A stretch of 64,000 bases of DNA from Amoebidium appalachense (Eukaryota; Protista; Ichthyosporea). The translations under genes and the position numbers were made by a program. The notes under the pieces are model-generated. The model worked only from the letters and a program-made list of their open reading frames with translations. It searched no databases and had not been told where the DNA came from. Location: the NCBI GenBank assembly GCA_963693365.1, contig CAVNZM010000006.1, positions 10,171,355 to 10,235,354 of the forward strand. The letters are read 5' to 3'. Numbering within the stretch: the stretch's first letter is position 1; every line of letters begins with the position of its first letter. Shown one piece after another: positions 1 through 12,932 of this stretch.

Positions 1-944
1 TGGCTGCCCGTCTTTTTTCCATCCTTGATCTCGAGGGGATCCAAGAAAAGAACAGAAGCATGGCTGCCCACAGCTGTCGCCCGCCCCCCACCCACACCAG
101 CCCTTTGGGCTGTCGCCCGCCCCCCACCCACACCAGCCCAAAACACGCCTCACCCCGACACTTTTGCAAGTGCAGAGAAAAAACATGCCCTGCCCTTCAA
201 ACCCCAGGTAATGGATGAAGGTCTCCCGCTGACACGTAAGTGAAGGAGAAATAGGAACGAGAAGAGATTGCGAAAAGAAAAACGAAACTAGTGGTTGCCC
301 ACAGGACAGGGCAGCAAAGGAAACGAGAGACCATTGCTCCGCTGGCAGGCAGCGGGCATGGGGGACAGAGTCAGAAGGCACACACGCACTATGCCCCTTA
401 CCGGTGACGTGCTATCGTTTAATAATGTGGCAGTGAATGACACCCATCCATTCTTCTCCAAAGCCGGCTTCACTCTCCAAGCTTAAGTTGGCGGCCCCCC
501 TAGGCTTATTCTTGTCCTCGTTGGGATGTTGAAGCAGTTTGGGAGTGGTCACACGTAAGGTGCTCTCATCGTATGACCTCTTCGCTCCCGGTATGAACTC
601 CTTGCTGCTCGGATGGTATGGATTCCGTTCGCGGTCTGTGTGGTAAAGTGAGAGTGAGCATGAGCGTGTGTGGGCTTAAAGATGGCATGTTCGTTTTTCG
701 CAAAGCGAAAAGCTAGAGGCAAAATTGACAACACAGTTTGTCATGCTTTGTATCCCGGTAAAACAGAAAAGAACATTTCACACCTGTATTTGGCCGTGTC
801 GTTGTCACCTGCAGCGTCCAGCACAAAAGCACACCGAAGTTGCCCCGCAACAAACTGGCGGATCCATACTGTGCGTGAAACGTAGAGGTGCAGGTGCAAC
901 CACTGGGGCAACCGCCGGCAGGAGATAGAGAGGCTGCACTTGAG

Positions 945-1370
945 CGGACTGAGACTTTGCCAACTGGTTGGCGGTTTATATAGGAGCAGCTGACAGCTGC
1001 AGTGGCTCCAAATAGATCTTACGCCTGTAAATTATCGTGATAGTATTCCAATCAGAATCTCTTGCTCACAATTGCATGACAACGCACCGATGCCATTATC
1101 AAGTCGATATCGAGATGGGCTTTGTACATTTTGTGCATTGACAAGTGGCACAAAAAGCGTTAAAAAGCATGGTTAAATGCTGAAAGCTTTGTATTTTTGT
1201 AGGCATACGCTTCTTTTGTATCAGAAGCTGTTGTTGCTGTGATACGTCAACTTGCAATTGGCAGTAGAGAACAGTCTCTTGTCCAATCAAACAACACATA
1301 ATCATAGCACATTTAGCCGCAACGTCACCATAAGGTTTGTGGTCTGTGATTGGTTTCTCTTTCCGATTGG
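945..1370 (-). promoter_or_regulatory. Putative Pol II core promoter for a minus-strand transcript running off the left edge
   Basis: Minus strand has CTATATAAA (983-975) and an Inr-like TCAGT about 25-30 nt downstream (~952). CCAAT/ATTGG boxes lie at ~1048, 1283, 1350 and 1366. Splice-like signals occur downstream (acceptor ~635, donor GTAAGG ~401). Confidence 0.45.
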
Positions 1371-1607
1371 CTGACATGCTTGAATGGCGCCAAGACTGTT
1401 TCGGGGCTCTGCATACACGTCATGTATTCATTTACAGAAAGATAAGCAGTCGGTCTGCTTAGCCAGGTATCGATTGCAATGCGCTGAGGGTTAAGATGGG
1501 GTTTTAAAATACTTATAAATTTCTACTCAGCATGACACGATGCCAGTGATTTAATTGTTTTGGTGTTGATCCTGTTGCTTTCAACTGCAAAGTACTGCAG
1601 CCCCTCC

Positions 1608-1609
1608 CG

Positions 1610-1689
<80 letters not shown>
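1608..1689. repeat. Poly(C) run of about 80 nt, representative of dozens of C/G runs of 20 nt or more in the window
   Basis: Read directly from the sequence. Other long runs occur at e.g. 31853-31923 and 33433-33503. Confidence 0.9.
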
Positions 1690-1802
1690 TTGTGTGTGTG
1701 TATGCTTGCGTGTGGGGCGTTGTGCCTGGACACTTCATCCCCCGGACCAGGTCACAACTTGACTTGTTCGTCCTATCATCTACCTTCCCCTACCACTGCC
1801 CC

Positions 1803-1843
<41 letters not shown>

Positions 1844-2020
1844 TTTTCCCCCTCCTCTTCGAGCAATCCGCGTCCTCCCTCCCTAGCACTGGTGGCACAT
1901 CGCGCGCGCACACACACACAGTCACACACGCACACACACACACACTGTGGCACCACAAAACACACACGCGCGCGCGCACACACACACACGCACACACGCG
2001 CGGACACACACACACGTGCA

Positions 2021-2111
<91 letters not shown>

Positions 2112-2334
2112 ATTTCGGCATTATGATAGCTATATATCGTATATGATAGGTTGCACACCCTTCTTGTGTGTACACTTGACACTTACAAAAGTTGCTGAAT
2201 GCAAAGTCTCTCCCCCCCCCCCCCCTCCCTCCTCCCCCCCCTCCCCCCCCCCTCCCCCCCCCCCCTCCCCCCTCAACCCTCGCCCCACCCATGTACACCA
2301 CCACCGGCCACCATCCTCCCCACACCATCCCCCC

Positions 2335-2480
2335 GGCCCTCCCTGAGAATGGGCTCTGCTTATGACACATACTGTGCGCATGGCTGATGTTGCATACTTG
2401 AATGTTTGCCTTTGCATGTGTCCTGCACTATGCTTCTCATTGTGTATGCGTACTTCGTACTGTGTTCCGCATTCAACCCC
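2335..2480 (+). mobile_element. Poly(C)-anchored dispersed repeat, subfamily A, truncated copy
   Basis: CCCTGAGAATGGGCTCTGCTTATGAC...GTTCCGCATTCAACCCC. Reverse complement of the copies at 4240 and 4689. Confidence 0.85.
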
Positions 2481-2653
2481 CTCCCCGCCCCCCCCCCCCC
2501 CCCCCCCCCCCCCCTTCTCCCCCCTCCCCCTCCCCCCTCCGTCCACAGCCCTCCCCCAATTCACCGTGCATTCCCTTATGCCCCGAGGCCTGTTGCCGCT
2601 GCAGCACTGTTTCGGGCATGAACTCATAAATATCTAAAAGGTGCTCCCCTTCT

Positions 2654-2697
<44 letters not shown>

Positions 2698-3325
2698 GCC
2701 CCCTCTCCTCCCTCCCTCTTATGTACTTTGAGCCCCTTGCGCTCCATTTGCAGTGGCCCGAGTCCTCCCAACCTAGCTACACACCAAAAAAGTATACCAT
2801 ACACAAACACAAATACCCACACAGAAGTACACACACAATCTGAGTGCTTGTAATATGTGAATAATATTGATTATATTTTAAAAAACAATTTAAAAATAGG
2901 AATATGGGGTTGGGGCCAAACCAATAAGCCTTTAACTATCATATTAAATAGTTCCATAACCCCGGAGACAGTTCTGGCATTGAAAGACTTTCCATGGGAG
3001 TCTGTGACTCAGCCACCACCGACTCTGCCCGGTTCATTTGTTTTTGCCAAGTTGCCGTAAGAAGTGCCGTTAATCTTGGTACCGGTGTGTGCGTGTTTGT
3101 GTGTACCCCGCTCCTTACATCACATCCATCCCATCCTCTACAGATCTCCTACCGACACCTGGGGCCACCCGGGCCCCACCGCCTTTCCTCGATACATTAA
3201 GCTGAACACAACCACGCACCAAAAAACATATGGCTGTGGTCGCTTGCTCCAGTTAAAGAAATGACACGTAATTTACGTCTGCTGTGCACATAACGACCCA
3301 GGGGGGAAATTTGTGTGGCAGGATG

Positions 3326-3369
<44 letters not shown>

Positions 3370-3450
3370 CACGTGTGTTGATTTTATTTTTTCTTTTCTT
3401 TCTTTCTTTCTTTTTTGGGGGGGGGGGGGGGGGGGGGGGGGGGAGAAGAA

Positions 3451-3611
3451 GGGGTCTCGCTAAAAAAGGCCCTATCGTGGTCATCATGACCGGGATGATG
3501 AATACTAAGTGTGGTGCTGGTGGCTGAACGGTTGTGTGTGAAGACATTAAAAAACCACCTGGTAGGCGCGCACCGCTTTGCTTTTTTTTTTTTCCTTTTT
3601 TTTTCCCCTTT

Positions 3612-3646
<35 letters not shown>

Positions 3647-3662
3647 TGTACGTGTGTGTGTG

Positions 3663-3722
<60 letters not shown>

Positions 3723-3882
3723 TGTGTGTGCATTTTTTTTTTTTTTTTTTTTTGGGGGGGGGGGTCTCACCAAAATTAGGCCCTATCTTGGTCATCATGA
3801 CCTGGATGATAAATGTATTATCATTATAATTCGCGTCATGCTGGTGTCAAACGGTTGTATGACTTCACTAAAAACCACCTGC
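3451..3882. repeat. Second G-run-anchored repeat, two diverged copies (~3451-3562 and ~3761-3882)
   Basis: Both read GGGGTCTC...AGGCCCTATC.TGGTCATCATGACC.GGATGAT...GCTGGTG...AACGGTTGT...TAAAAACCACCTG. Confidence 0.7.
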
Positions 3883-4166
3883 AACCACACACAGATCTAG
3901 AAACACACACAACCAAAACGTAACGTTAACCGTGACTTTTAATTTCTCTCTCAGCTTCTCTTTCATCAAAAAGTGGTGTGGGGTTTGGGTCCGTACGTGT
4001 ATATATGGTTGTGGATTAGTAACCAGATTCTTATTTCAAGTTACGGGCTAATATGCATATTAGTGTCTATTAGTGTCTAGCGCGGGCATGTCTCACGGTA
4101 TGCTTGGGGACGTGTGGGTCACCGTGGGGTTATTGATTCAATGATGAGCCGGGGTGGGCTTTTTTT

Positions 4167-4232
<66 letters not shown>

Positions 4233-4239
4233 GGGGGGG

Positions 4240-4848
4240 GGGGTTTGAATGCGGAACACAGTACAAAGTACGCATACACGATGAGAAGCATGGTGCAGGA
4301 CACATGCAAAGGCAAACATTCAAGTATGCAACATCAGCCATGCGCACAGTATGCGTCATAAGCAGAGCCCATCCTCAGGGAGGGCCCAAGTCATCAATTG
4401 CGTCTGAGTTTCGACCCCTTAGCCCGCGTATATACGACGCTCCAACTCAAACAGCAGCATCAACTGAACTTGGGTGGGTCAACCCGTCTTGATCAAAGAC
4501 GAGCAGGGTTGCTTATGCAAGCAAGGTGAGCAGAACGGTGAAGATGTGTGTGCAAACTAATGCAGTGCAGCGAAAAACGCGTATGTGCTTACAGATGCAC
4601 GACACAGAGCAACCATGCCCGGTTGCATGGAAGTAAAGATGTCTCCACACAGTGGTCTGTCCTGAAAGGACACCTCTGAAAGAAGACAGGGGGGGTTTGA
4701 ATGCGGAACACAGTACAAAGTACGCATACACGATGAGAAGCATGGTGCAGGACACATGCAAAGGCAAACATTCAAGTATGCAACATCAGCCATGCGCACA
4801 GTATGCGTCATAAGCAGAGCCCATCCTCAGGGAGGGCCCAAGTCATCA
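4240..4848 (-). mobile_element. Poly(C)-anchored repeat, subfamily A: long copy plus partial tandem duplication (~452-bp spacing)
   Basis: GGGTTTGAATGCGGAACACAGTAC... starts at ~4241 and again at ~4693, and about 155 bp are essentially identical. G runs flank both sides. The region to ~4526 is homologous to the copy at 16451-16702. Confidence 0.88.
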
Positions 4849-5369
4849 AGGGGGGGGGGGGGGGGGGGGTATACGTACTCCATGTACGCATGCCGGCAGC
4901 CCAATATCCATTAGCCAACAGCTTCATGACCATCCATGGCAAGTCATACAAGTCAAGAGCAGAGGTTTCCGTTCCAGCGGAATCTTCATATATTTCTACA
5001 CAATGTCACACGTTACAAAAGCAAGGTAAAACTCTGCCGGAAGGAGCGAGTTGCTCCCACAGCACACTAACCATAAAAACCTTGACACTATTACCCAGTA
5101 CACACAACTAACTAGTTAAACACTCTTGGCGTTTAACTCTGGATTTATATAGCCTTACTATTTGCCTGCAAGGGTATAAAAAGGCTCACCGAGACTCACA
5201 CGTTTGCTTTGTCAACTAACAATACCTATGTACATATAGCGAATGAGCCGGCCTCAATGAAATGGGGCAGCCACACCATTCACCTACCACCAATAAAAGA
5301 ACCGTGGAAAATTCACTCTACCGTAAATAAATGAGCATACATGCGCCATCGAGGCTACACATATGGTTG

Positions 5370-6426
5370 CTATTGTGCGCCTGCAGCTGCGGCCTGTCTG
5401 GCCTTGAGGATGTTTGTGATGAAGAACTCACCGGCCTTGTATGATGACCGCACCAACGGCCCTGTGCCCATGACCCAATGTCAGCACGTCATTGTAACAT
5501 TTACCACAGATATCCCCCTGCCCCCCTGCTCCCCCCCCCCCCCCCCCCCCTCTCCCACCCCCCCCCTCCCTTTCCCCTCCCACACACACCCAGAAAAGAA
5601 GGGGAGGGGGTCCGAGGGGGGGGGGGGGGGGGGGGGGGAGAGGAGAAAAGAGGAGGAGGAAGGGGGGCGGAGGGCGAGAGAGGGGGGGGGGGGGGGGGGG
5701 GGGAATGAACTCTCCTCTTCCCCCTCCTAGAACGAGAACAACGAATTAGCAAGCGCGAGTGAGTGCGTGCGTGAGCACCCACCCACACCCAACAACACCC
5801 ACCCACACCCACCCACACACAACCCACGGGCCTTGCAACACAAGTCATCCCCAGCATACACAGAACTACACATGGCTGCCCACTCCCTCATATCCCTGCC
5901 CCACGCCCGGCATTAAACTCTCAACAGACCCACCCACCACATGTCATTCGAAGCACACACGGAAATGTGCAAAGCTATACCCCCCCTCCCCCCTCCCCAA
6001 CCATTTGCTAGCCAACTAGCAACAAGTGAGCCCCCTGTTCTAAGCACTAAACCTATGCCCTGATTCGGCAGTGTTGCTGAAAAACAAAACAAGCAAGGGG
6101 GTATCCATACCTGAGGCGGTGTACTTGAAGCCCAGCTCATCGCCCATCTTCTGGAAGTAGTCGAACTTCTCGGGGGTCACATACTCGTGCACCTGCAGCA
6201 ACCCCTCAGCAAAAGAAAGACGACATGCAAGCTACCTCATTGTCCAACACCATCCCCCCTCCCCCCCTCCCCCCTCCCCCCACCTTCCTGTCCTCTGGCC
6301 ACACCCTCTCCATCCTGCCTATGGCCATATACACACACCAACCCATAACCCACACGGAGATTTAAGTCGAAGGTTCCTAGAGAGTCCAAACTGGAGAGAG
6401 AGCAGCAAGGAAAAGGAAGGAAAGCC

Positions 6427-6476
<50 letters not shown>

Positions 6477-6828
6477 AACAGTGGTAGTGTGCTAGTATTT
6501 AGGCATCTCGTGTAACACATGTGTGTATTTGACGGAGCCAATCCCATGTGCATCCCGTGTGCACGCACCTTCATGTGTTTCTTTGTCGGCTGCATGTACT
6601 GGCCAAGCGTCAGGCAGTCCACATCGATCGACCGCAGATCTGCGCAAAAACCCGTTAGAGCTCTCAAAAACATTTGTTCGGTTTACCCTACCCCCCCCTC
6701 CCCCGGGCCCCCGCCCTCCTACCACCCACCACCGAACACCCCATGGATCACTCCAACCAAACACCTTCTAATAGGAAACCGTTACACATGCTCATGTGTG
6801 CTACGTTTGGTGTCTGTACAGGGTGCTG

Positions 6829-6879
<51 letters not shown>

Positions 6880-7414
6880 GGGGGGGGGTGTGCCTGTCGA
6901 TCTAAACGCGCCTTCATCCAGGTGCACACATGCGCACACATGCACCTGCATGTGTGCCTGTGCCTCCCCCATGCCCGTACACGTACCCTTCATAGTCTGG
7001 ATGACTTCCTCGTCCGTCTCGCCCACCCCCAGCATCAGACTGGTCTTAGTGACCAGGTGGGGGTATGCCGTCTTGACGTGCTCCAGCACGGCCATGCTCT
7101 GGCGGTACTTGGCCCGGGGGTCACGCACACGGGGTGTCAGCCGCTGTGAAAACGAACTGTTAGTTCCCATGCATGTCATACGACGTCAGAGGATGGGAGA
7201 CGAATCACACAAATCCTTTTGTGCTTGGTGGATGAAGAAAGGGCCGGAGCGGGGAAGAATCGTGTGAGCTACGGGGCATTAAGAACCATGGCAGGTCTGC
7301 CGAGGAAACACGCAGCCACACACATGCGTTGGCACCACCGCCACCACCTCCAACTACACCAAGTTCAATCCCTTCCCCCCAAAACACCCCTCCCCCTCCT
7401 CTTCCCCCCCCCCC

Positions 7415-7445
<31 letters not shown>

Positions 7446-8327
7446 ACCTCCACGGTCTCCATATTGTGTGCATACACGTCCAGGCCCGACCCAGCCACGA
7501 TGGACACCAGCTCCTTGTTGCCCGTGAAGTCGGGTGTCAGGCACTCCACAAGAATCTCGGGCTTTCTGCAGCCACCACCCTCCATCAGCACAGATCCACA
7601 AATCCCCCAAACCAACCCCTCCCCTCCCTCCCTCCCCCCTCCCCCTCCCCCTCCTCTCCCCCCCCCCCCCCTCCCGACTCAAAAAGATCCCGATTCTCCC
7701 CCCCCGCCACACACTTAGCCATCCCGGCGCACACAATATGGCATGTGCGCTGCTCCACCACCTTGACCAACACAAACACACACCACAATACCAACCCATA
7801 TTCCCTCTCCATTCCCTGAACAAAACCCCAGAGAACAGAAAAACACATCCGTTCTTCGTTACCCCCCTCCCCTTCCCCCCCCCCCCCCCCCCCCTCCCCC
7901 CCCCGTCTCCGCAGCTCTTTGCTCTCACATCACCCCTACCCTGGTTGAACGCATGGCCAACCTTATAACCGCTCGAAGAATATTACCCCTCCCTCCCCCT
8001 CCCCCCCCCCCCCCCCCCCCTCCCCCTGCCCCACAACCAGGCATGATGGCCACAGCCATGTGAACCTCCTACTCACCTCTGCTTCAATTCGCGCACAGTC
8101 TCAGCAATGTGATTGGCTCCCTGGTCCGGCAGGTCTGCAAGGAGGAACCATCCATCAGCCCAACCACCCAATAGAGGCCATACAACCACATGCCCTCCTC
8201 CCTTGTGCCACTCCAACAAACAACCTCTATTAATCACACACCACCCTGCCTGTCTATCTTTTACTAATAGACACACGATCTTTACCACCCCCATCCCCCC
8301 CCCCCCTCCCCCCGCCCCCCCGTCCAT

Positions 8328-8413
<86 letters not shown>

Positions 8414-9029
8414 CAAGAACAACAACAACACACATATGCACGGGCACACAAACCTGCACCTCATACCTGCACCTGCACCCACACCCACACCCACCCATCC
8501 CCACACGCACCATCACGGTCCACGGATGTCAGGACGACATAGTCCAGGCCCCAGCGGCTGACAGCCTCTGCCGTGTTCGTTGGCTCGGCAGGGTCCAGGG
8601 GTGGGGGGGTCCTGCTGGTCTTGACGGAGCAGAACCGGCAACCACGTGTGCACGTGTCTCCCATGATCTACAAACCCAGCATGGAAGATATCACCCAACA
8701 ATAGAATCTATTCTGTGTTGTGTGTGCGAAGCTCTGTGTATATGCATGTCTGAACGAGTTAAATGAGCGTGAATGCATGTTTGCAGGTGTCTCGGCGATG
8801 CATGCACACCCACACATCTCCCCCACCTGCTCTGTCTCTCTTGGTGTGTGTGTGTGTGCGTGTGCGTGTCTGTATGTGTGTCCGTATGCATGTGTGTCTG
8901 TCTGCTGTCTGGGGCGAGCACGACATCATGCATCCAGCTGCCTTTTTGGCTGACTCTTCTCTCTGTCTCTCTCTGTGTATGTGTGTGGCTGTGTATGTGT
9001 ACGTGCATGTGTGCATGAGTGCATGAGTG

Positions 9030-9067
<38 letters not shown>

Positions 9068-9157
9068 TGCATGTGTGTGTGTGTACGTGCATGTGTGTGT
9101 TTGTGTGTGTGTGTGTGTACGTGCATGTGTGTGTTTGTGTGTGTGTGTGTGTACGTG

Positions 9158-9195
<38 letters not shown>

Positions 9196-9231
9196 TGCAT
9201 GTGTGTGTGTGTGTGTGTGTGTGTGTACGTG

Positions 9232-9269
<38 letters not shown>

Positions 9270-9271
9270 TG

Positions 9272-9310
<39 letters not shown>

Positions 9311-9510
9311 ATGCATATGTGCATGTGTGTGTGTGTGTGTGCGTGCATGCGTGCATGTGTGTGTGTGTGTGTGTACCTGCATGTGTGCATGTGTGTGTGT
9401 GTGTGTGTACGTGCATGTGTGTGTGTGTGTGTGTGTGTGTGTACGTGCATGTGTGCATGTGTGTGTGTGTGTGTACGTGCATGTGTGCATGTGTATGTGT
9501 GTGTGTGTAC

Positions 9511-9545
<35 letters not shown>

Positions 9546-10215
9546 TGCATGTGTGCATGTGTTTGTGTGTGTGTGTGTGTATCTGCCTGTCTACCTATCG
9601 GCAGGCACACTTGCATGTGTGTCTTTGCAAATCCCTCCGCCCCTCTCCTCGTGTGTGTGTGCATGTGTGTGTGCGTGTGCGTGTGCGTGTATGTGTGTGT
9701 GTGTGTGTGGGTGTGTGTGTGCCTGTCTAAGCAGGCAGAGGGCTCTACCATGATGGTTGCCGTGGCCGTGCCCTCCTTTCCACCCCCCCAGCACTCTCCG
9801 GCATTGGGACACCTGGCCTCCTCACACACCTGCACCCACCAACCGTCAACTGCTTGTCTCCCTTCTCATCTTACATGAAAAAGGGCCATAAGGCATTGCA
9901 TTGCTTCCTTAACCAAGCTCTAAGCGCAACCCAGCCCAAGACGAATAAGCAGCCCCGCCCCTCCCCCCCCCCCCCCCCCCCCCCCCCCCACACACACACG
10001 CGCGCGCGCGCACACACACACACACACCCTCCTCCTTGCATGCACACGGAATACACCACTCACCGTGTGCAGTTTGAGCTCTCTCAATGTTGTGCGCAGC
10101 TTGTTGTATGTTTTGCCGGTAGGGATCTCTGTCTTCAGCCAGTCCGGCAGCCTTTGCCTGTAGACCCCCCACAATCCTGTCAGTGAAGTGCACTTACAAG
10201 TGCCTGAAAGAAGGG

Positions 10216-10261
<46 letters not shown>

Positions 10262-11120
10262 CGTGCGTGTTGGGGGAGGGGGGGGGGTGAAGGAGGGGGA
10301 GGGAGGCAGGGGAGAAGGCCGGGGAGGGGCGGGGAAGGGGGGGAGGGGGAGGGGAGAGGGAGGGGAGGGGAGGGCACACCATGTTCGACACTACCGAATA
10401 TGCTAAAACCAATCACCCAACCCAGCACGCCATTTACCAGAAATCCAAACATTTCTCAACAAAACTCCAAGAGCCCACAAGGACATAACAAAAACTTGCC
10501 CCCATCCCTCCCCCTCTCCCCCTCCCCCCTCCCCGCCCTGCAAAACCCACACAAACACACTTTTTTGTTAACCCAAGAGATTTTCCCCACCTGTTCTTCT
10601 TAAGCGGGGTAGCAACTGTGCCGTTCTCCACAGAGTCGCTCAGAAAAATCTTCCAAGCCAGGCCCGTCCTCAAGCACCTTCTTCTTTGCGTCACTCAGGC
10701 TGGACTTGCTGCGCCCCAGCACGGCAGCTGCAACAACCTGGGGAACACAGCCTCAGCTTAGGCACACAAGAACATGCGAGCTATGACTCAGCCCCGCTGC
10801 CTGTTATTGCTTGAGCGATGCTTTATCTGCGTAGTTTTCGATACCAAGGTCCAACCCGCTCGAAAGACTGTTTGAGCACAATGGGACGTCAGCTTGATTG
10901 CAAGCTCTCTGGTGTAAACTGCACAAGCTCACAAAACCCTCGCATGACTTCAGCTAAATGCAGCAAATAGCTCTCTCTGGTTTGACTAATAATCCCCACA
11001 CAAACGCGTAAAAGAAGGTCAAAGATGCAACCATACCTGTGGTGCTCTGGACGCGGAACCAGCCAACAGAACGGCTGCCGGACCGGCAGGCTGGCACATG
11101 GATCTCAACAACGAAGCCAT
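5370..11120 (-). CDS. LIAS: Mitochondrial lipoyl synthase (radical SAM), 11 exons
   Basis: Exons, all GT-AG: 11120-11037, 10737-10591, 10157-10064, 9829-9749, 8667-8511, 8134-8077, 7565-7448, 7143-6987, 6639-6569, 6192-6111, 5461-5370 (TAG). Motifs: auxiliary cluster [12 protein letters not shown] (CX4CX5C), radical-SAM [48 protein letters not shown]-terminus resembles a mitochondrial transit peptide. Exon 2 is one base too long for the flanking phases (see findings). Confidence 0.96.
8990..9580. repeat. Compound minisatellite [GTACGTGCAT(GT)n] in LIAS intron 4
   Basis: More than ten GTACGTGCAT-like cores separated by (GT)n of variable length. Confidence 0.85.
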
Positions 11121-12932
11121 TGTTCTAGACTGAATGGGGTGCCTTAAATCTTAGAGCTAGAAATACTAACAACAAATCTCGTCAGAGGTAAAATATCAAA
11201 AAAAAAAAAGTCTGTTGCTTGACAAGTCCTGTGGATCAAAGGGCAACTCGTGTTTTTAGGTCGACGGCCAGAAGCAGACTCAAACCGAATATCCCAGTGG
11301 ATGTTGAAGTTCGTAAAGTCCACAAAACGCTCTACAGCTTTATCAAGACACAGCCGTGCACTAGCCAAAAACCTCCCTGCTATGCACTAACCTTCAGTGC
11401 TCCCTCTTTTCGCCTCCTACTGACAACTAATAACGCCTTTTGTACCGGCGAGCTGTGGCCGGCCACTTGGCCGCCACAACTTGCACAACCGACATGCGGA
11501 GATCGTGCGAGCACCGGTGCTGACGTAAGCTGGTGCATTTTAATCCAATTAGAAAGTGCTGCAAGCTGATGATTGGTGGCACAAAATTTGTCCTGATCTC
11601 TCTAGTTTGCAAGTTGTTTGGGGTTTGATTACAAACTTACAGCACAAAAATAACATTAACACTTGGATAGCTGTACCTAATATTAGCGCCTCTGGCTTAT
11701 TTACATTCTGTTATTTTATATTTTAAGTTTTTAAAAAACTTCAATAGAGCCCTAGAAACTAGAAAGACCATGCAAGACAATTTTTGTAACCTAAAAATCA
11801 TAATGCTCACATATCGATCAAAACCGGAAATTTAATCCCTGTCCGGCGGAATGATGTTTATGGGGAGTAGGGTTTATTACTCAGCCGGAGCTGCCCATCG
11901 CCCGAAGCGCCGGAGTCGTGTGTGACCGTGTTGACTCATGTTTTCCTTATAAAACCAGAGAACATCACTGGATTAGCCTACGGTAGATCAAACGATGTAT
12001 GTGAACTATAGGGAAAGTAGTTCTCGTTTAATAAATGGGAGGGCTTGCAACAATACCGTTGTTACAACGCAATGCTGGGGTTGCAGTTGGCGGAATCCGC
12101 ACACGCCCGAGCATGCACGTTGTGAAGATTTCGAGGATTTTGGGATTAAAATTTGCGAAGCTTAAGAGAATTTGCATCTCGAGTGACCAGGGACACATAC
12201 GCATCGCGCTTATGCAAAAGTTTCTCAGGTCAGTTTTCATTCAATTACTACGTACAGCTTTGCAGTTGCGGCGAGTCAACTCATGTGCAAATTTGGGCGT
12301 GATCTACTGCGGAATGGCAACGCACCAATGGAGAACCCATGCACATGCACATTAACTAAGAATTCAAACCGCACGCGTGACACCTAACTTGAACCGTGCA
12401 CATTAACACGGAAATGTACACGCGACTGTTAATACCCACAGTACTGGACTCCCATGATTTTGGACCCTCAACGGGAAATGCCTCAAGAACGAACGTTCGT
12501 GCCAGAGTCTTTTGATGGTGGTGTACACATCAAGTACTGTTTGAATACGAAATACTTCGAAAACAACGAGCACGAGCAAACCAAAAGCAAGGAAGAGCTC
12601 TGCACTGCCAGCGTGCCAACGTTTACCCCCCCATTTTCACATGCATAGTGTGCAACAGATCTACGCAAAACACAGTTGAGCAGTGCTCATGCTGGCATTT
12701 GCCCTGTAGCTGCAAGGAGATGCACGTGTGATTGGTGCCCATGGCCACAGGCAGCGTTCAATGGTCGAGTACTCACACACTTGGTGCCAGGCGCCAAGCC
12801 AAACATCACACAGGCATGGTAGATACAATCAACTTTAATACAAACAGGGTGGTCAGTGCACTATATTTCTCCCCAGGACGGCTCCTAGCCGGGTCCTGGG
12901 ATACATTTGGTACAGGGATCAGAGGAGCGTGT

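Noticed and set aside
70-140. Short direct duplication GCTGTCGCCCGCCCCCACCCACACCAGCCC (similar small duplications at ~50370-50420 and ~13705-13740)
   Set aside because: Ordinary slippage duplications with no further structure.
3495-3530. C/D-box snoRNA (ATGATGA...CTGA)
   Set aside because: The boxes are too close together, there is no terminal stem, and they are not kept in the second copy of this repeat.
4360-4420. Hammerhead ribozyme in the repeat (minus strand has GTCGAAAC and CTGAGGA; the 59190 copy has CTGATGA)
   Set aside because: The order would require a type II fold, but helix II (GGGGTC vs TGGGCTC) does not pair and I found no helix III plus UH cleavage site. A covariance search would be needed to revive the idea.
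4154-4492. Coding potential of the repeat family (GFECGTQY...ISRAHPQGG)
   Set aside because: The frame is broken by stops and indels between copies and subfamilies, has no real start codon and contains no recognisable domain.
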